A stretch of DNA of 25,220 nt from a virus (IMGVR_UViG_3300027672_000082:1-25220), one strand, 5' to 3'. Positions 9,521 to 18,564 are shown, numbered from the stretch's first letter. Notes: a model not told the origin generated them from the sequence alone. Translations and numbers: made by a program.

Positions 9521-10015
9521 TTATACTTTTCTTTTACTGTCTTTAAGTTTAGTTTCAGAGTATTCGTACAGCATCCATGGCAACCCTTCGAGGTGCAGTA
9601 TCCCTGCCCAATCATATCCAGAACTGGGAGGGCGTGGGACTGTGAAGTATGTTCGATGTCCTTTTATACTAAGGAGAGACGCACTCTCTTTAGTTATAAC
9701 TTTCTGTATCTTCAAGTATTTTAAATGTAAGAATCTAGTTTTTTCATATATAAAAGGTACTCCATTACTATCTATAAAATACTTAGTACTTTGTTTGAGT
9801 ATTCCATTATGAGATGTTACTGCTTTCTTCAAAGGATATAAATCAGGGTGAGGTGTCTGTATTCTACGAATACCTAACGTAGCTCCTGGCTGATTCCTAT
9901 CGTCTACACACTTACCTTCTAGAAATAATAGACCATCTACTCTCTCCCAGTTCTCTGTGTATATTAGATATACTGGGAATGAAAGTTTATGTAATGTTTT
10001 ATACGTTATCACCAT
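9521..10015 (-). CDS. Conserved T5-like hypothetical protein downstream of DNA polymerase
   Basis: 164 aa from ATG 10015; FPVY, DDRNQPG.TLGIRR, FIDSNG motifs; synteny. Confidence 0.7.
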   Translation of the reverse strand: MVITYKTLHKLSFPVYLIYTENWERVDGLLFLEGKCVDDRNQPGATLGIRRIQTPHPDLYPLKKAVTSHNGILKQSTKYFIDSNGVPFIYEKTRFLHLKYLKIQKVITKESASLLSIKGHRTYFTVPRPPSSGYDWAGILHLEGLPWMLYEYSETKLKDSKRKV

Positions 10016-12275
10016 ACATTTTCTCGAACTTACCACCTGAGTAGTCTTCGTGTATAATCTCAAAGTCACAACCTACTGGTACTCCTGAGATAGATACACC
10101 TCGATCTAATTGAACATATTTAGTAAGCTGTGCCATGTACTCATCAATTTCATCGTTCGGTACTTCTGCGAGAATGGAATCGTGTACTAGAGCAAAGATT
10201 CTAGCCTTTTTATTGTTGGCCTTAATCCAACTGCCCATATCTATTGCTCCTAAAAGATTAATATCAGAAGCAGCAGACTGCACCAAAAAGTTAAGACCAG
10301 ACCTAATGCTATGGCTCTGGATGCCTTTGTCTGTCGATGCGACATTTGGTAATCTCCTCTTTCTACCGAAGTAGCTGTATATAAACCCATTCTGTCTAAT
10401 GAATTTCTTGTTATCTTCAATCCACTCTTTTAACTTGTGGAACTCTTCAAAGTAGTCGTCAATAACCTCTTGAGCATCGTTTCTGCTAAAAGGTTTACCA
10501 CTATCTTTTGTTACTTGTTCACTGATCTTATTAGCACCAGCACCATACATAATACCGAAGGTTACAGCTTTAGCTGCTTGTCTCTGCATACTATATAGAC
10601 TTGCTACTTCACTAGCATCGCAGGGCAACTTAAATACTTTCTTAGCAATCTGTGAGTGGAAGTTACCACCCGCACGGAATACTTCCATCAATGCTACATC
10701 TTTTGCCAATACAGCTGCAACATAAACTTCTGCTGTTGTTAAATCCATTGCAACAATCTTGTGTCCTGGAGCCGCTTTAATACAGCCTTTAACTATAGGG
10801 TTGTCCCTAGGAAGCTGTTGCATATTAAGTTTACCAGAAGAGCTGAGCCGCCCACTAGTTGTGCTATGTAGGTTAAAGCCCGTGCGTAGTCTACTATCTT
10901 GATCCAACTGCGGTATGATCTTGTCCAAATAAGTATTCTTAATTTTAGATTTTTGTCTAATGGCAAGGATAAGTTGGGGGACGTCGGACTGTGTTGCCAG
11001 CTCCGCAAGAACTTCAGCGTCTGTTGAATTTGCTCCTGTGCCAGTCTTCTTTCCAGTAGGAGTGAGGCCGATAAAGTCAAACAAAAGACTACGAAGCTGA
11101 ACAGTGCTATTAGGATTGAAATCTTTTCCATTTATTTTCTCAAATTTATCAATGGCAGGATGTTTATACAACTCAGCTACTGCTTCGTCTATTTGATCTT
11201 GCATCAATGCTTGCGACTTTACTAGTCTAGGTATGTCAAACGGTACACCATTGTCTTGAATGTCCGTAAGAAATCTACAACCTGGAATGAGAATGTTCTC
11301 GTATACCTTGGCTAATCGCTTATTCTGTTTAATTTTTACAAACTTCTCATATAACAGTAAGGTTACTACTGCGTCTATAGCGGCGTACTCTTTCATAATC
11401 TCAAAAGGAATCAAGTCCCAAGTGAAATCGTTTTTAAGTATACCGTGTTCTTTGCGGTACTTGTCCATCCAATCGTACATACCTTTCTCATAATCACCAT
11501 AGATTGTATACTTCATAGCTAACTGTTTCAGGCCATGAGTTCCAGGATTCTCATCAATGAGATAGTGTAGTAGCATCGTATCCTCAAAGCGAGGAAACTT
11601 AAAGTTGAAGTGGTATTCAAAGAAAGCCAAGTCAAACTTTGCATTGTGAAAGATAACTATCTTTTCGTTAAACAACTGTTGCAGTAACTCTTCCGTAGTT
11701 TCATCAAAGCACTCAGTGTCTATATATGCACCGTAGTCTGCTTGATAACTAAGAGAGCACCCTATCATATACCCATCTCTAGGATATAATCCTGATGTCT
11801 CTGAGTCTAGTCCAATATAAGGTAAGGGAGCTGCTATAGCTGCACGAATATAATCGTTAGCTGTTTGGGTATCCTGAATGCCTAAGGCTTGTTCAGGGCG
11901 TATGGAGGTGTCTTGTTTATTTTCAGTTATGTACTCTAGTATAGATTTCTTACTATCATCCCATGTACGCTGTGCTTCTGGTTTGAATGCAAGCATTGCA
12001 GGGTTAATGATAGGTAGAAATTTCTCTTCTACTAGCTTACCTGAGTATTCTGTGACTGAGTTGATCTTCGTGAAATACTTCAACGCATCACTACCTACTA
12101 GAATAACCCAGTCGTATTCGTCTGTATTGATCTCAATGTCACAGTCTCGTTTTAATACTTTTTTTATGGTGGAGTCAGAGCATAGCTGATATTGATCAAA
12201 GCTAAACTCATCATCAAATTCTTTCTTAAAATTTGTTCTACTTGGTTTCGTCTCTACGAGGGCTACCTTAGCCAT
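9999..12275 (-). CDS. pol: Family A DNA polymerase with 3'-5' exonuclease (T5-like)
   Basis: ExoI DSETSG, ExoII HNAKFD, ExoIII YAAID; TTSGRLSS; motif A DLTTAE, motif B RQAAKAVTFGIMYG, motif C VHDS. Confidence 0.95.
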   Translation of the reverse strand: MAKVALVETKPSRTNFKKEFDDEFSFDQYQLCSDSTIKKVLKRDCDIEINTDEYDWVILVGSDALKYFTKINSVTEYSGKLVEEKFLPIINPAMLAFKPEAQRTWDDSKKSILEYITENKQDTSIRPEQALGIQDTQTANDYIRAAIAAPLPYIGLDSETSGLYPRDGYMIGCSLSYQADYGAYIDTECFDETTEELLQQLFNEKIVIFHNAKFDLAFFEYHFNFKFPRFEDTMLLHYLIDENPGTHGLKQLAMKYTIYGDYEKGMYDWMDKYRKEHGILKNDFTWDLIPFEIMKEYAAIDAVVTLLLYEKFVKIKQNKRLAKVYENILIPGCRFLTDIQDNGVPFDIPRLVKSQALMQDQIDEAVAELYKHPAIDKFEKINGKDFNPNSTVQLRSLLFDFIGLTPTGKKTGTGANSTDAEVLAELATQSDVPQLILAIRQKSKIKNTYLDKIIPQLDQDSRLRTGFNLHSTTSGRLSSSGKLNMQQLPRDNPIVKGCIKAAPGHKIVAMDLTTAEVYVAAVLAKDVALMEVFRAGGNFHSQIAKKVFKLPCDASEVASLYSMQRQAAKAVTFGIMYGAGANKISEQVTKDSGKPFSRNDAQEVIDDYFEEFHKLKEWIEDNKKFIRQNGFIYSYFGRKRRLPNVASTDKGIQSHSIRSGLNFLVQSAASDINLLGAIDMGSWIKANNKKARIFALVHDSILAEVPNDEIDEYMAQLTKYVQLDRGVSISGVPVGCDFEIIHEDYSGGKFEKMYGDNV

Positions 12276-13095
12276 ATAATTTACTCTTTAGTTTTTGAAC
12301 TGTTTGTAGTGGTAGTGCCCCAGGATCCTTATTGGTGAGGCATATGTTTCGATGTGGTAAGCCTATTAGCTCGCACATCTCTTGTACTCGTTCTGATGCG
12401 TGCTGTCCTGCATCATCTCCGTCAAAGAATATATCTATACCATCAACGCCTTGTATAGATAACATTCGCAACTTATCTTCATTAATATTCTTTGTGCCAA
12501 ACGTGCAAATTGCATTCGTTAAGCCTTTGTCCTGTAGGTTAAGCATATCATATATACCTTCTACTAGTATAATCTTACCTTGTATCGGTACTACTATAGG
12601 GAATAGAGGCATCTTCGCACCCGCAGGCGAGATCATATACTTAGGCGTTCCGCCTGTAGTATGACGACCATTGAACGCTACTATGCGTCCTGATATATCT
12701 CTTATAGGAAAGTTAATACGTCCTATAAAGTCTGACTCTGACGATTGAAATGCTTCAAACTTTTTGTACGTTTCTGGTTTAATACCTCTCCAGTTACCTA
12801 CATATGCCATAACATTCTTGGGAAAAGACAAACCAATACTTTCAGACCTCTTCTCTTTAATTTTACGTTTAAGTAGTTCTCGTCTTAGCTGTAATTGATT
12901 TGCCTTTTCCCCAAAATGCGTAAACACGTTACCTTTGTACTCACAGGAAAAGCACTGATATATACCTGTGATGTTGTCAATCCTCATACTAGGATTTCTA
13001 TCAGGATGCTCTGGATTTAGACAGCTTACTAGAAAGTCAGCACCTTTAGGTATGAAATATATGTCTCTCTGCTTTAGTAATTCTTCTACTGTCAC
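12268..13095 (-). CDS. dnaG: DNA primase (Zn finger + TOPRIM)
   Basis: CLNPEH...CFSC zinc finger, FPIRD, VEGIYD, FDGDDAG, KDPG. Confidence 0.92.
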   Translation of the reverse strand: MTVEELLKQRDIYFIPKGADFLVSCLNPEHPDRNPSMRIDNITGIYQCFSCEYKGNVFTHFGEKANQLQLRRELLKRKIKEKRSESIGLSFPKNVMAYVGNWRGIKPETYKKFEAFQSSESDFIGRINFPIRDISGRIVAFNGRHTTGGTPKYMISPAGAKMPLFPIVVPIQGKIILVEGIYDMLNLQDKGLTNAICTFGTKNINEDKLRMLSIQGVDGIDIFFDGDDAGQHASERVQEMCELIGLPHRNICLTNKDPGALPLQTVQKLKSKLYG

Positions 13096-13379
13096 CTACC
13101 AATATCCTTTATGTTTTCTGCACTGATTACTTGGTACGCACCTTTGTTATAAGCAGGTGCTATTGTATGTCTTGACTCTTTAATAAGAGCTGATCTATCT
13201 ACTGCACTACAATCTGAAAATACGTCAGAAACAGACCTGTACTGCTTAGTCTCTCTACGGTAAGTATCGTCAGCCGGTAGTTCTTTGAACTTAGGTACAT
13301 AACGACCTGTCTTAGCTTTTAAAGGCTTTCGTTTACGTCCTGAATAGTCGTGTCTTAAACTGCCAAATGTAAGTGCCAT
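13092..13379 (-). CDS. Basic hypothetical protein with IAPAYNKGAYQVI motif
   Basis: 95 aa, own promoter and AAGGA SD, 4-nt overlap with primase. Confidence 0.7.
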   Translation of the reverse strand: MALTFGSLRHDYSGRKRKPLKAKTGRYVPKFKELPADDTYRRETKQYRSVSDVFSDCSAVDRSALIKESRHTIAPAYNKGAYQVISAENIKDIGR

Positions 13380-13406
13380 ACTTTTTCCTTCTTCAAATGA
13401 AAAACT

Positions 13407-13441
13407 ATTATACTAAAATTTAGGTAATTTGTCAAGAACTA
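13407..13441 (-). promoter_or_regulatory. sigma70 promoter
   Basis: tagttcTTGACA-17 bp-TATAAT. Confidence 0.85.
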
Positions 13442-13444
13442 TTT

Positions 13445-14785
13445 TTAAATATCATTTATATCTTCACCGGTTTTATGGGTGGAGTCGTCTTTTTCTTGGG
13501 GAGTTAGCGCAGTCTCGGGACCGATTTTTAACGTCTCCCAGTCTACTGTTGATGTGAAAGACCGCATTGAAGCTCGTCGCATCTTTACACAATTGAAGGT
13601 CATGCATCCGTCTTCGTGATCCCACGTTTCTAGTGCATATGCTGCATCTGCCGCGTCAAGAATACCTTTAGCAAAGCGTGCTTCACCAGTAGCGTCTGTT
13701 TGATACGGAGTAATTACTGTACATTCGTACTCTTGTGCCATAGATTTCAATGCTTTACTTACTTCTATCTGCTCAGTCCAGTCATACTGCCGACCAGGAA
13801 GAGAAGACCGTTTTACTTGATTGATATAGTCCACAATGATAACGCCAACATTCAGTGGCCGAACTTTCTTATCCAGTTCAGCACGAATCTTAGCGAGGGT
13901 GAGAGAAGGTTCATATATAACATCCAACTGTTGAGTCGGGAGGAGCTCTCCAGTCTTCAGCATGGCATGAAACTTGTCAAAATCACGATGTTCTTTGTAC
14001 TCTTTCAAACGGTCTTGTCCAGCCGTGAAGCGATTTGACCACCACCCAGCAACCTTCTCCCACTCAGTGACACTAAGATTCTTAGTACGCATTCGTGAGA
14101 AAGGGATTTCTGTAGCGATAGCACAACATCTTTGCAGGATATCTCGGCTATCCATCTCAATAGTGAAATACATAGCCGATTTACCGGAAGCAACAACATT
14201 GTTTGCAATGTTAGCACATATAACAGACTTACCCGCCCCTCTTTTACCACCTAGCATGACCAAATCTCGGGGAGAGAATTGAATATCTACGTCGTATTCC
14301 TCATTGAGTCCAAGGGGTATGTACTTGGCTAAGTCTTCTTCTGGTTCAAACAGGTCAATACGTTGCATACTTTCCTGTGGGTCTTCGAGATCTACCTTAT
14401 CTTCAATGTCTAGGACAATTTGATGTAGGTGGTCAACTGACTCTTGAGCATTCTCGAAAGAAATAGAGTTTTCGACATAATCTTCTAGTGAATCCAGAAT
14501 CTCCTTTTGTGTGTATTCGTTCTTCAAGTACTGGAGAAGCATATCTGGGTCTGAATCAACCTCTAAGGCTTCAACAGCATATAACTTTTCCCGCGTACTT
14601 GAGTCCCGAATCTCTAACTTTAAATCATCAATCGAGGGTAATCTATGAAATTCTTCGCAGTGCTTCGCAATAACATTGTGAAGACTGTGATACTCGCTAG
14701 AGAAATAATGCTTGTGCGTAACGCTCCAGGTTTCGAAGTCCCGTAGTGTTAACACTTGCTTTATAAGAGCACTAGCAATGTTCAA
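13445..14785 (-). CDS. dnaB: DnaB-like replicative helicase
   Basis: Walker A GKRGAGKS, FTIEM, IIVDYINQ, ARFAKGILDAAD; TTG start with GGGAG SD. Confidence 0.9.
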   Translation of the reverse strand: MNIASALIKQVLTLRDFETWSVTHKHYFSSEYHSLHNVIAKHCEEFHRLPSIDDLKLEIRDSSTREKLYAVEALEVDSDPDMLLQYLKNEYTQKEILDSLEDYVENSISFENAQESVDHLHQIVLDIEDKVDLEDPQESMQRIDLFEPEEDLAKYIPLGLNEEYDVDIQFSPRDLVMLGGKRGAGKSVICANIANNVVASGKSAMYFTIEMDSRDILQRCCAIATEIPFSRMRTKNLSVTEWEKVAGWWSNRFTAGQDRLKEYKEHRDFDKFHAMLKTGELLPTQQLDVIYEPSLTLAKIRAELDKKVRPLNVGVIIVDYINQVKRSSLPGRQYDWTEQIEVSKALKSMAQEYECTVITPYQTDATGEARFAKGILDAADAAYALETWDHEDGCMTFNCVKMRRASMRSFTSTVDWETLKIGPETALTPQEKDDSTHKTGEDINDI

Positions 14786-14817
14786 TGAAATTCTCCCGAT
14801 TCATTTGATTTAAAGGT

Positions 14818-14843
14818 AAAGCAGACCCCGAAGAGCCTGCTTT
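14818..14843 (-). terminator. Stem-loop with cUUCGg tetraloop; weak terminator or attenuator after D5
   Basis: AAAGCAGGCTC-TTCG-GGGTCTGCTTT on the minus strand, interrupted U tail (TTTACCTTT). Confidence 0.65.
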
Positions 14844-14864
14844 GGATAACTACTAGGTAGTTGA

Positions 14865-15590
14865 TTAGCTAGAGGCTTTAGCACTCTTCGCTGCGCCATC
14901 ATAGTCAGAGGCTGTAAGGCCACGACGAGTTAGCATAGTTTTGACACCACGAGCAGTCTTGCCAATCGACTCAGCGATTGCGTCAACTGTCATTCCACCG
15001 ATGTCTTCGATACTAGCCAATGGATCTTCCTTAGAAGCGCCTTTAGTAGTTTCTTGACGAGGGATAGCGTCGATGTCGCCAGAACGTAATAGGCTAAGGG
15101 CTTTACCGCGAATAGAATTCACAGTACGACCTAACTCAGCTGCAATAGCTTCAACGAAAGCACCGTCTTGTACCATAGATACAAAAGTTACTTCTTCAGC
15201 AGGAGAGTACGTGCGTACAGCTTCTACTTTAGGAGCAGGTTTAACGTGTGAAGTTAGTTCCATAGACAAAATCTTGCCTTGAATTGACTTAGCAGAAAAG
15301 TGACCATCTTCGAAATGACCTGCAATTTCAGCATAAGTGTAATCCCCGCTATTGCCAGAGACAAAAGCAGCAAGAGTAGCTTCTTGGCCGTCAGTGAAAG
15401 CACGAACAGCACCGGCAGAAGCCAATTCTACATCAAAGCCCATCTTACGCAACTTGCTTGAGATGGATCGAGTAGAGGTTTCAAGGTCAGTAGCTGCTTC
15501 CGCAACAGTGCCTTGAGAAACGGGGCTTTCGCCACCGACAAATTCAGTTAATTGAGCAGTACGCTCTTCAGTCCATTTTGGTAAGGACAT
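14865..15590 (-). CDS. D5: T5 D5-like DNA-binding/transcription regulator
   Basis: KWTEERT, RSISSKLRKMG, SIQGKILSMELT, SIRGKALSL, RGVKTMLTRRG repeated HTH-like units; synteny. Confidence 0.85.
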   Translation of the reverse strand: MSLPKWTEERTAQLTEFVGGESPVSQGTVAEAATDLETSTRSISSKLRKMGFDVELASAGAVRAFTDGQEATLAAFVSGNSGDYTYAEIAGHFEDGHFSAKSIQGKILSMELTSHVKPAPKVEAVRTYSPAEEVTFVSMVQDGAFVEAIAAELGRTVNSIRGKALSLLRSGDIDAIPRQETTKGASKEDPLASIEDIGGMTVDAIAESIGKTARGVKTMLTRRGLTASDYDGAAKSAKASS

Positions 15591-15594
15591 AGTT

Positions 15595-16344
15595 TTATTC
15601 TCCAGTTAATTCTAAAAGGTTAGTTATGATTTGAACGCCAGAAGCTCTGGCTTTCTTAGTTTTAGCAGACTCTATTCCGCTTTCGTTTACCAGGATTGTG
15701 ACATCCTTCGTTAAGCTAGGCTTAACAGCATACCCTAGTCCTAAAAGAACCGTATGAGCCTCGGCTTTGCTTTTATAAGAAGTAAGTTTACCACTTATGC
15801 AAACAACTCCGTGGGTTAGGGTTGTTGTTTGAGGTTTCTCAAACTTGAAACTAAACGGTAACATACTCAGGTGATAGAACTCTTCTTCCAGCCACTTACA
15901 CATACTAGCGGTGGACTTTTCGCCTAGGCCAGCTTCTCGACACGTATCGTAGTCTATTTCTTCAATATCTATACAGACTTTTGATAATTTCTCTGTAGCT
16001 GTTCTACCTATAAGCGGAATACTAAAGGCTGGTAGTAACACGTTTAGGGGTGCATCAGTGGATCGCTGTATCTCCATATAGAGTTTCTCAGCTAACTTGA
16101 CAGAGCCTAAGCCTTCACATAGATCTTCTAGCGTCTGAACATACAATTCTTCGAGAGACTGTAAGTCTAGCTTTTTGATAGATGCTGGGCCTAATCCTTT
16201 GATTTTCAAGGTAGTTGCAAAGTGTTCTAGTAACTTTGATACTTTGGTACCACATGATGCGTTTCTACAAAACAAAAGATAGTTGACTTCTTCTAAAACC
16301 GAACTACACGAGGGGCAGTTTGTTGGGGCTTCGATTATGGTCAT
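15595..16344 (-). CDS. ligB: NAD-dependent DNA ligase, subunit B (Zn finger, HhH, BRCT)
   Basis: CPSC...C.N..C zinc finger, IKGLGP/GLG HhH repeats, BRCT VCISGKL...SAKTKKA. Confidence 0.9.
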   Translation of the reverse strand: MTIIEAPTNCPSCSSVLEEVNYLLFCRNASCGTKVSKLLEHFATTLKIKGLGPASIKKLDLQSLEELYVQTLEDLCEGLGSVKLAEKLYMEIQRSTDAPLNVLLPAFSIPLIGRTATEKLSKVCIDIEEIDYDTCREAGLGEKSTASMCKWLEEEFYHLSMLPFSFKFEKPQTTTLTHGVVCISGKLTSYKSKAEAHTVLLGLGYAVKPSLTKDVTILVNESGIESAKTKKARASGVQIITNLLELTGE

Positions 16345-16370
16345 TGCTAATCCTCTGAATTTGAATAAGT

Positions 16371-16403
16371 ATTATACGGAACTTTGGGCTATTTGTCAAG
16401 AAG
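16371..16403 (-). promoter_or_regulatory. sigma70 promoter between the two ligase halves
   Basis: cttcTTGACA-17 bp-TATAAT, followed by GAGGA SD. Confidence 0.85.
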
Positions 16404-16423
16404 TATTTTTATCAAGGTAGGAA

Positions 16424-17344
16424 TCATTCTATGCGTCTTACAACGCGAGGTATGATCTCACCTGAACGTATAACTTCTACACGACATCCAATCTCCAAAT
16501 CTAATTCGCGGATGTACTCAATATTGTGTAGTGTCGCTCTAGCAACAACCGCATCACCAATAGTGACCGGTTCTAGAATTGCTACAGGACTTACTACTCC
16601 ACTCTTACCTATCTGCCAGATGACGTCCTGGAGAGTGGTTTCCACACCTGCTTTCTGCTCTTTGAGGGCAAACGCACCGCGTGGATGTTTAGAAGTATGA
16701 CCCATTCCATCGTACAACTCATTACTTCTAAGACGGTAGACCTCGCCATCCGTAGGATAGTCAGTACAGTCGAAAGAAGTAACAACATTCATACCACTAA
16801 TTTGTAGAGATTTAAGGGTGTCCTCATATCTCATATGATTACTGTGTTCTAAATGGTATGCTACGAACTTAAGTGGACGTGTTTTAAACTCTTCCAAGTC
16901 TTTCAGTCCAAGTGAACCCGAAGCATAGTTACGGGAATTAAGTATACTACTAGGGGCAACAACTTCGCCAGTAACCTGTCTAAGACCAAATAAAGTAATA
17001 CGGTTAGGTACTAATTCTTTCATCTTATCCGTGATGTCTCTACCTTGTATACCGTCACCGCGAGTTAAAGCTAACTCTAAGTAACCTTCTACATATAGTA
17101 AAGAGACTGCTGCTCCATCTAACTTAGGGGTTATTACACATGACTCTATGTCTAGCGGAGCTTTAGTAATATCAAAACACTTCTGCAACGAATACATTTG
17201 GAATGTATGTGGCACTGCGTCAGTAACCTCATACCCAACTGTATTATAGTTGTGCTTATGTGCTAGAAGATCAAATTCCTCGTCTGAAAGAAGAGGCGTA
17301 CCTTCATAATACAACTTACTCGCTCGATCTAAAAAGTCTTGCAT
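16424..17344 (-). CDS. ligA: NAD-dependent DNA ligase, subunit A (Ia, adenylation and OB domains)
   Basis: YY...SDEEFD (domain Ia), MYSL, KLDG, LTRGDG, GEV, DG, RATLHN, RSGEIIP. Confidence 0.92.
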   Translation of the reverse strand: MQDFLDRASKLYYEGTPLLSDEEFDLLAHKHNYNTVGYEVTDAVPHTFQMYSLQKCFDITKAPLDIESCVITPKLDGAAVSLLYVEGYLELALTRGDGIQGRDITDKMKELVPNRITLFGLRQVTGEVVAPSSILNSRNYASGSLGLKDLEEFKTRPLKFVAYHLEHSNHMRYEDTLKSLQISGMNVVTSFDCTDYPTDGEVYRLRSNELYDGMGHTSKHPRGAFALKEQKAGVETTLQDVIWQIGKSGVVSPVAILEPVTIGDAVVARATLHNIEYIRELDLEIGCRVEVIRSGEIIPRVVRRIE

Positions 17345-17369
17345 ATAATTCTCCTAAATAAGAAAAGAT

Positions 17370-17404
17370 ATTATACGCTGTTTTAACTCCGCTGTCAAGA
17401 ACTA
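17370..17404 (-). promoter_or_regulatory. sigma70 promoter
   Basis: tagttcTTGACA-17 bp-TATAAT. Confidence 0.85.
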
Positions 17405-17701
17405 TTTGTACAGATCGTCAATTAAATCTGAAAAATGTTCTTTGACCGTATCCTTAGACTCAGCTAGGGATAGTATCTCGGTTAAACCCATGAAGAGTTC
17501 TCTTGAGTTACTTAGGTCTAACGGCATTGCTATACCTTCAGGTGTTGGTTGCCATACTTCGTCAAAGTCAAGATAATACTTACGCAAATGTAAATACTCT
17601 ATACCCCTAAACGTATTAATGGTTAGCCTAACCTGTACTTCCTTTACTTCGTCGTAGTGTATTACACGCGAGTAGGCTTCTGGAGCCTGGTGTAAGTCCA
17701 T
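17402..17701 (-). CDS. PC4/p15-like ssDNA-binding (transcriptional coactivator-fold) protein
   Basis: VRLTINTFRGIEYLHLRKYY...WQPTPEGIAM PC4 signature; start revised to ATG 17701. Confidence 0.8.
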   Translation of the reverse strand: MDLHQAPEAYSRVIHYDEVKEVQVRLTINTFRGIEYLHLRKYYLDFDEVWQPTPEGIAMPLDLSNSRELFMGLTEILSLAESKDTVKEHFSDLIDDLYK

Positions 17702-17973
17702 TACGGTCTCCTTTCGTTTTTCAACACGGAAGATAGAGGTACTACACTTGATACGTTTGCAGGACGCAATAGTCGATAAGAGTCTGTGTCCCAACAAAAG
17801 AATAGAAGAGTATCATCTGTCTCTTTTGCTCGGTTCTTCTTACCCTTTATATAAGGTGTAGTGAAGTCTAAGGTACAAACATTGTACTTTAACTTTTTGG
17901 AACGCTCACTTCTATAGGTAATAATAGCGTCGCCATAATCGTGCACTAACTGTGCCAGTTCTTGCTTTTTCAC
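17701..17973 (-). CDS. Conserved T5-like hypothetical protein
   Basis: 90 aa, YNVCTLDF..PYI, LFFCWDTDSYR; GTG start with AAGGA SD. Confidence 0.7.
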   Translation of the reverse strand: MKKQELAQLVHDYGDAIITYRSERSKKLKYNVCTLDFTTPYIKGKKNRAKETDDTLLFFCWDTDSYRLLRPANVSSVVPLSSVLKNERRP

Positions 17974-18047
17974 TATAGTTTCCTTTTGTAGTAGTTAGCA
18001 ATGTTTATTACTAGATTACATACTCAAAGGTGGTTTATAGTAGATGC

Positions 18048-18079
18048 AAAAAAACCTCACTAGGCGAACCTAGTAAGGT
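18048..18079 (-). terminator. Rho-independent terminator after D3
   Basis: ACCTTACTAGG-TTCG-CCTAGTGAGGT followed by T run on the minus strand. Confidence 0.85.
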
Positions 18080-18090
18080 GATATTTTATA

Positions 18091-18540
18091 CTACTTGCAT
18101 TCAGTACATGCGCAAATTAAAGTAGTGAAATACTGAGCTGCTTTACCTGTCAACTTAGAGATAATCTCTTCATCTACAGTCTGTCCTGCATCAGTAATAG
18201 CTGCTGTTAAGGCATCTTGGGCTGCTGCTTTAGAAACACGGGTGCTTCCTGTAGCTGTACCTGTGGATGCTTTTGCAGCAGGGGTTTTCTTGATGTAGAC
18301 GCCAGCCTTTGTCAAGATCATACGAACACCATTAGGTGACTCGTCAATTTCGTCTGCTATACCTTTAACAATCTCCATACTAGTTACTGGACACGGATCG
18401 TTATCTTCGTACATTTTTACTGCTAGTGCTTTCTTGTCGTCATCCCACGCCATCTTGCGTTTCCTTTTGTTTTTAAGTTTAGGTCGTCCTGGGCATTCAC
18501 CCAGTGCTTGTAGTTGTTGTTCGTAGAATCGTTGTCCCAT
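18091..18540 (-). CDS. D3: T5 D3-like DNA-binding protein (alternative start at 18453)
   Basis: MAWDDD, SMEIVK.IA, ESPNGVRMILTKAGVY, RVSKA, IISKLTGKAA; both ATG 18540 and ATG 18453 have SD sequences. Confidence 0.82.
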   Translation of the reverse strand: MGQRFYEQQLQALGECPGRPKLKNKRKRKMAWDDDKKALAVKMYEDNDPCPVTSMEIVKGIADEIDESPNGVRMILTKAGVYIKKTPAAKASTGTATGSTRVSKAAAQDALTAAITDAGQTVDEEIISKLTGKAAQYFTTLICACTECK

Positions 18541-18564
18541 ATATTCCTCGATTTCAGAAAAGAT

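Noticed and set aside
9520-9615. N-terminal extension of the D10 ORF (similarly 10016-10069, 17702-17797, 21400-21423, 23331-23432)
   Set aside because: These overlap upstream genes or promoter DNA; downstream ATGs fit family N-termini and SD/coupling better
16345-16423. Possible frameshift, intron or pseudogene splitting the ligase
   Set aside because: The gap holds a promoter and SD, both halves are intact, and the split is a known T5-like trait
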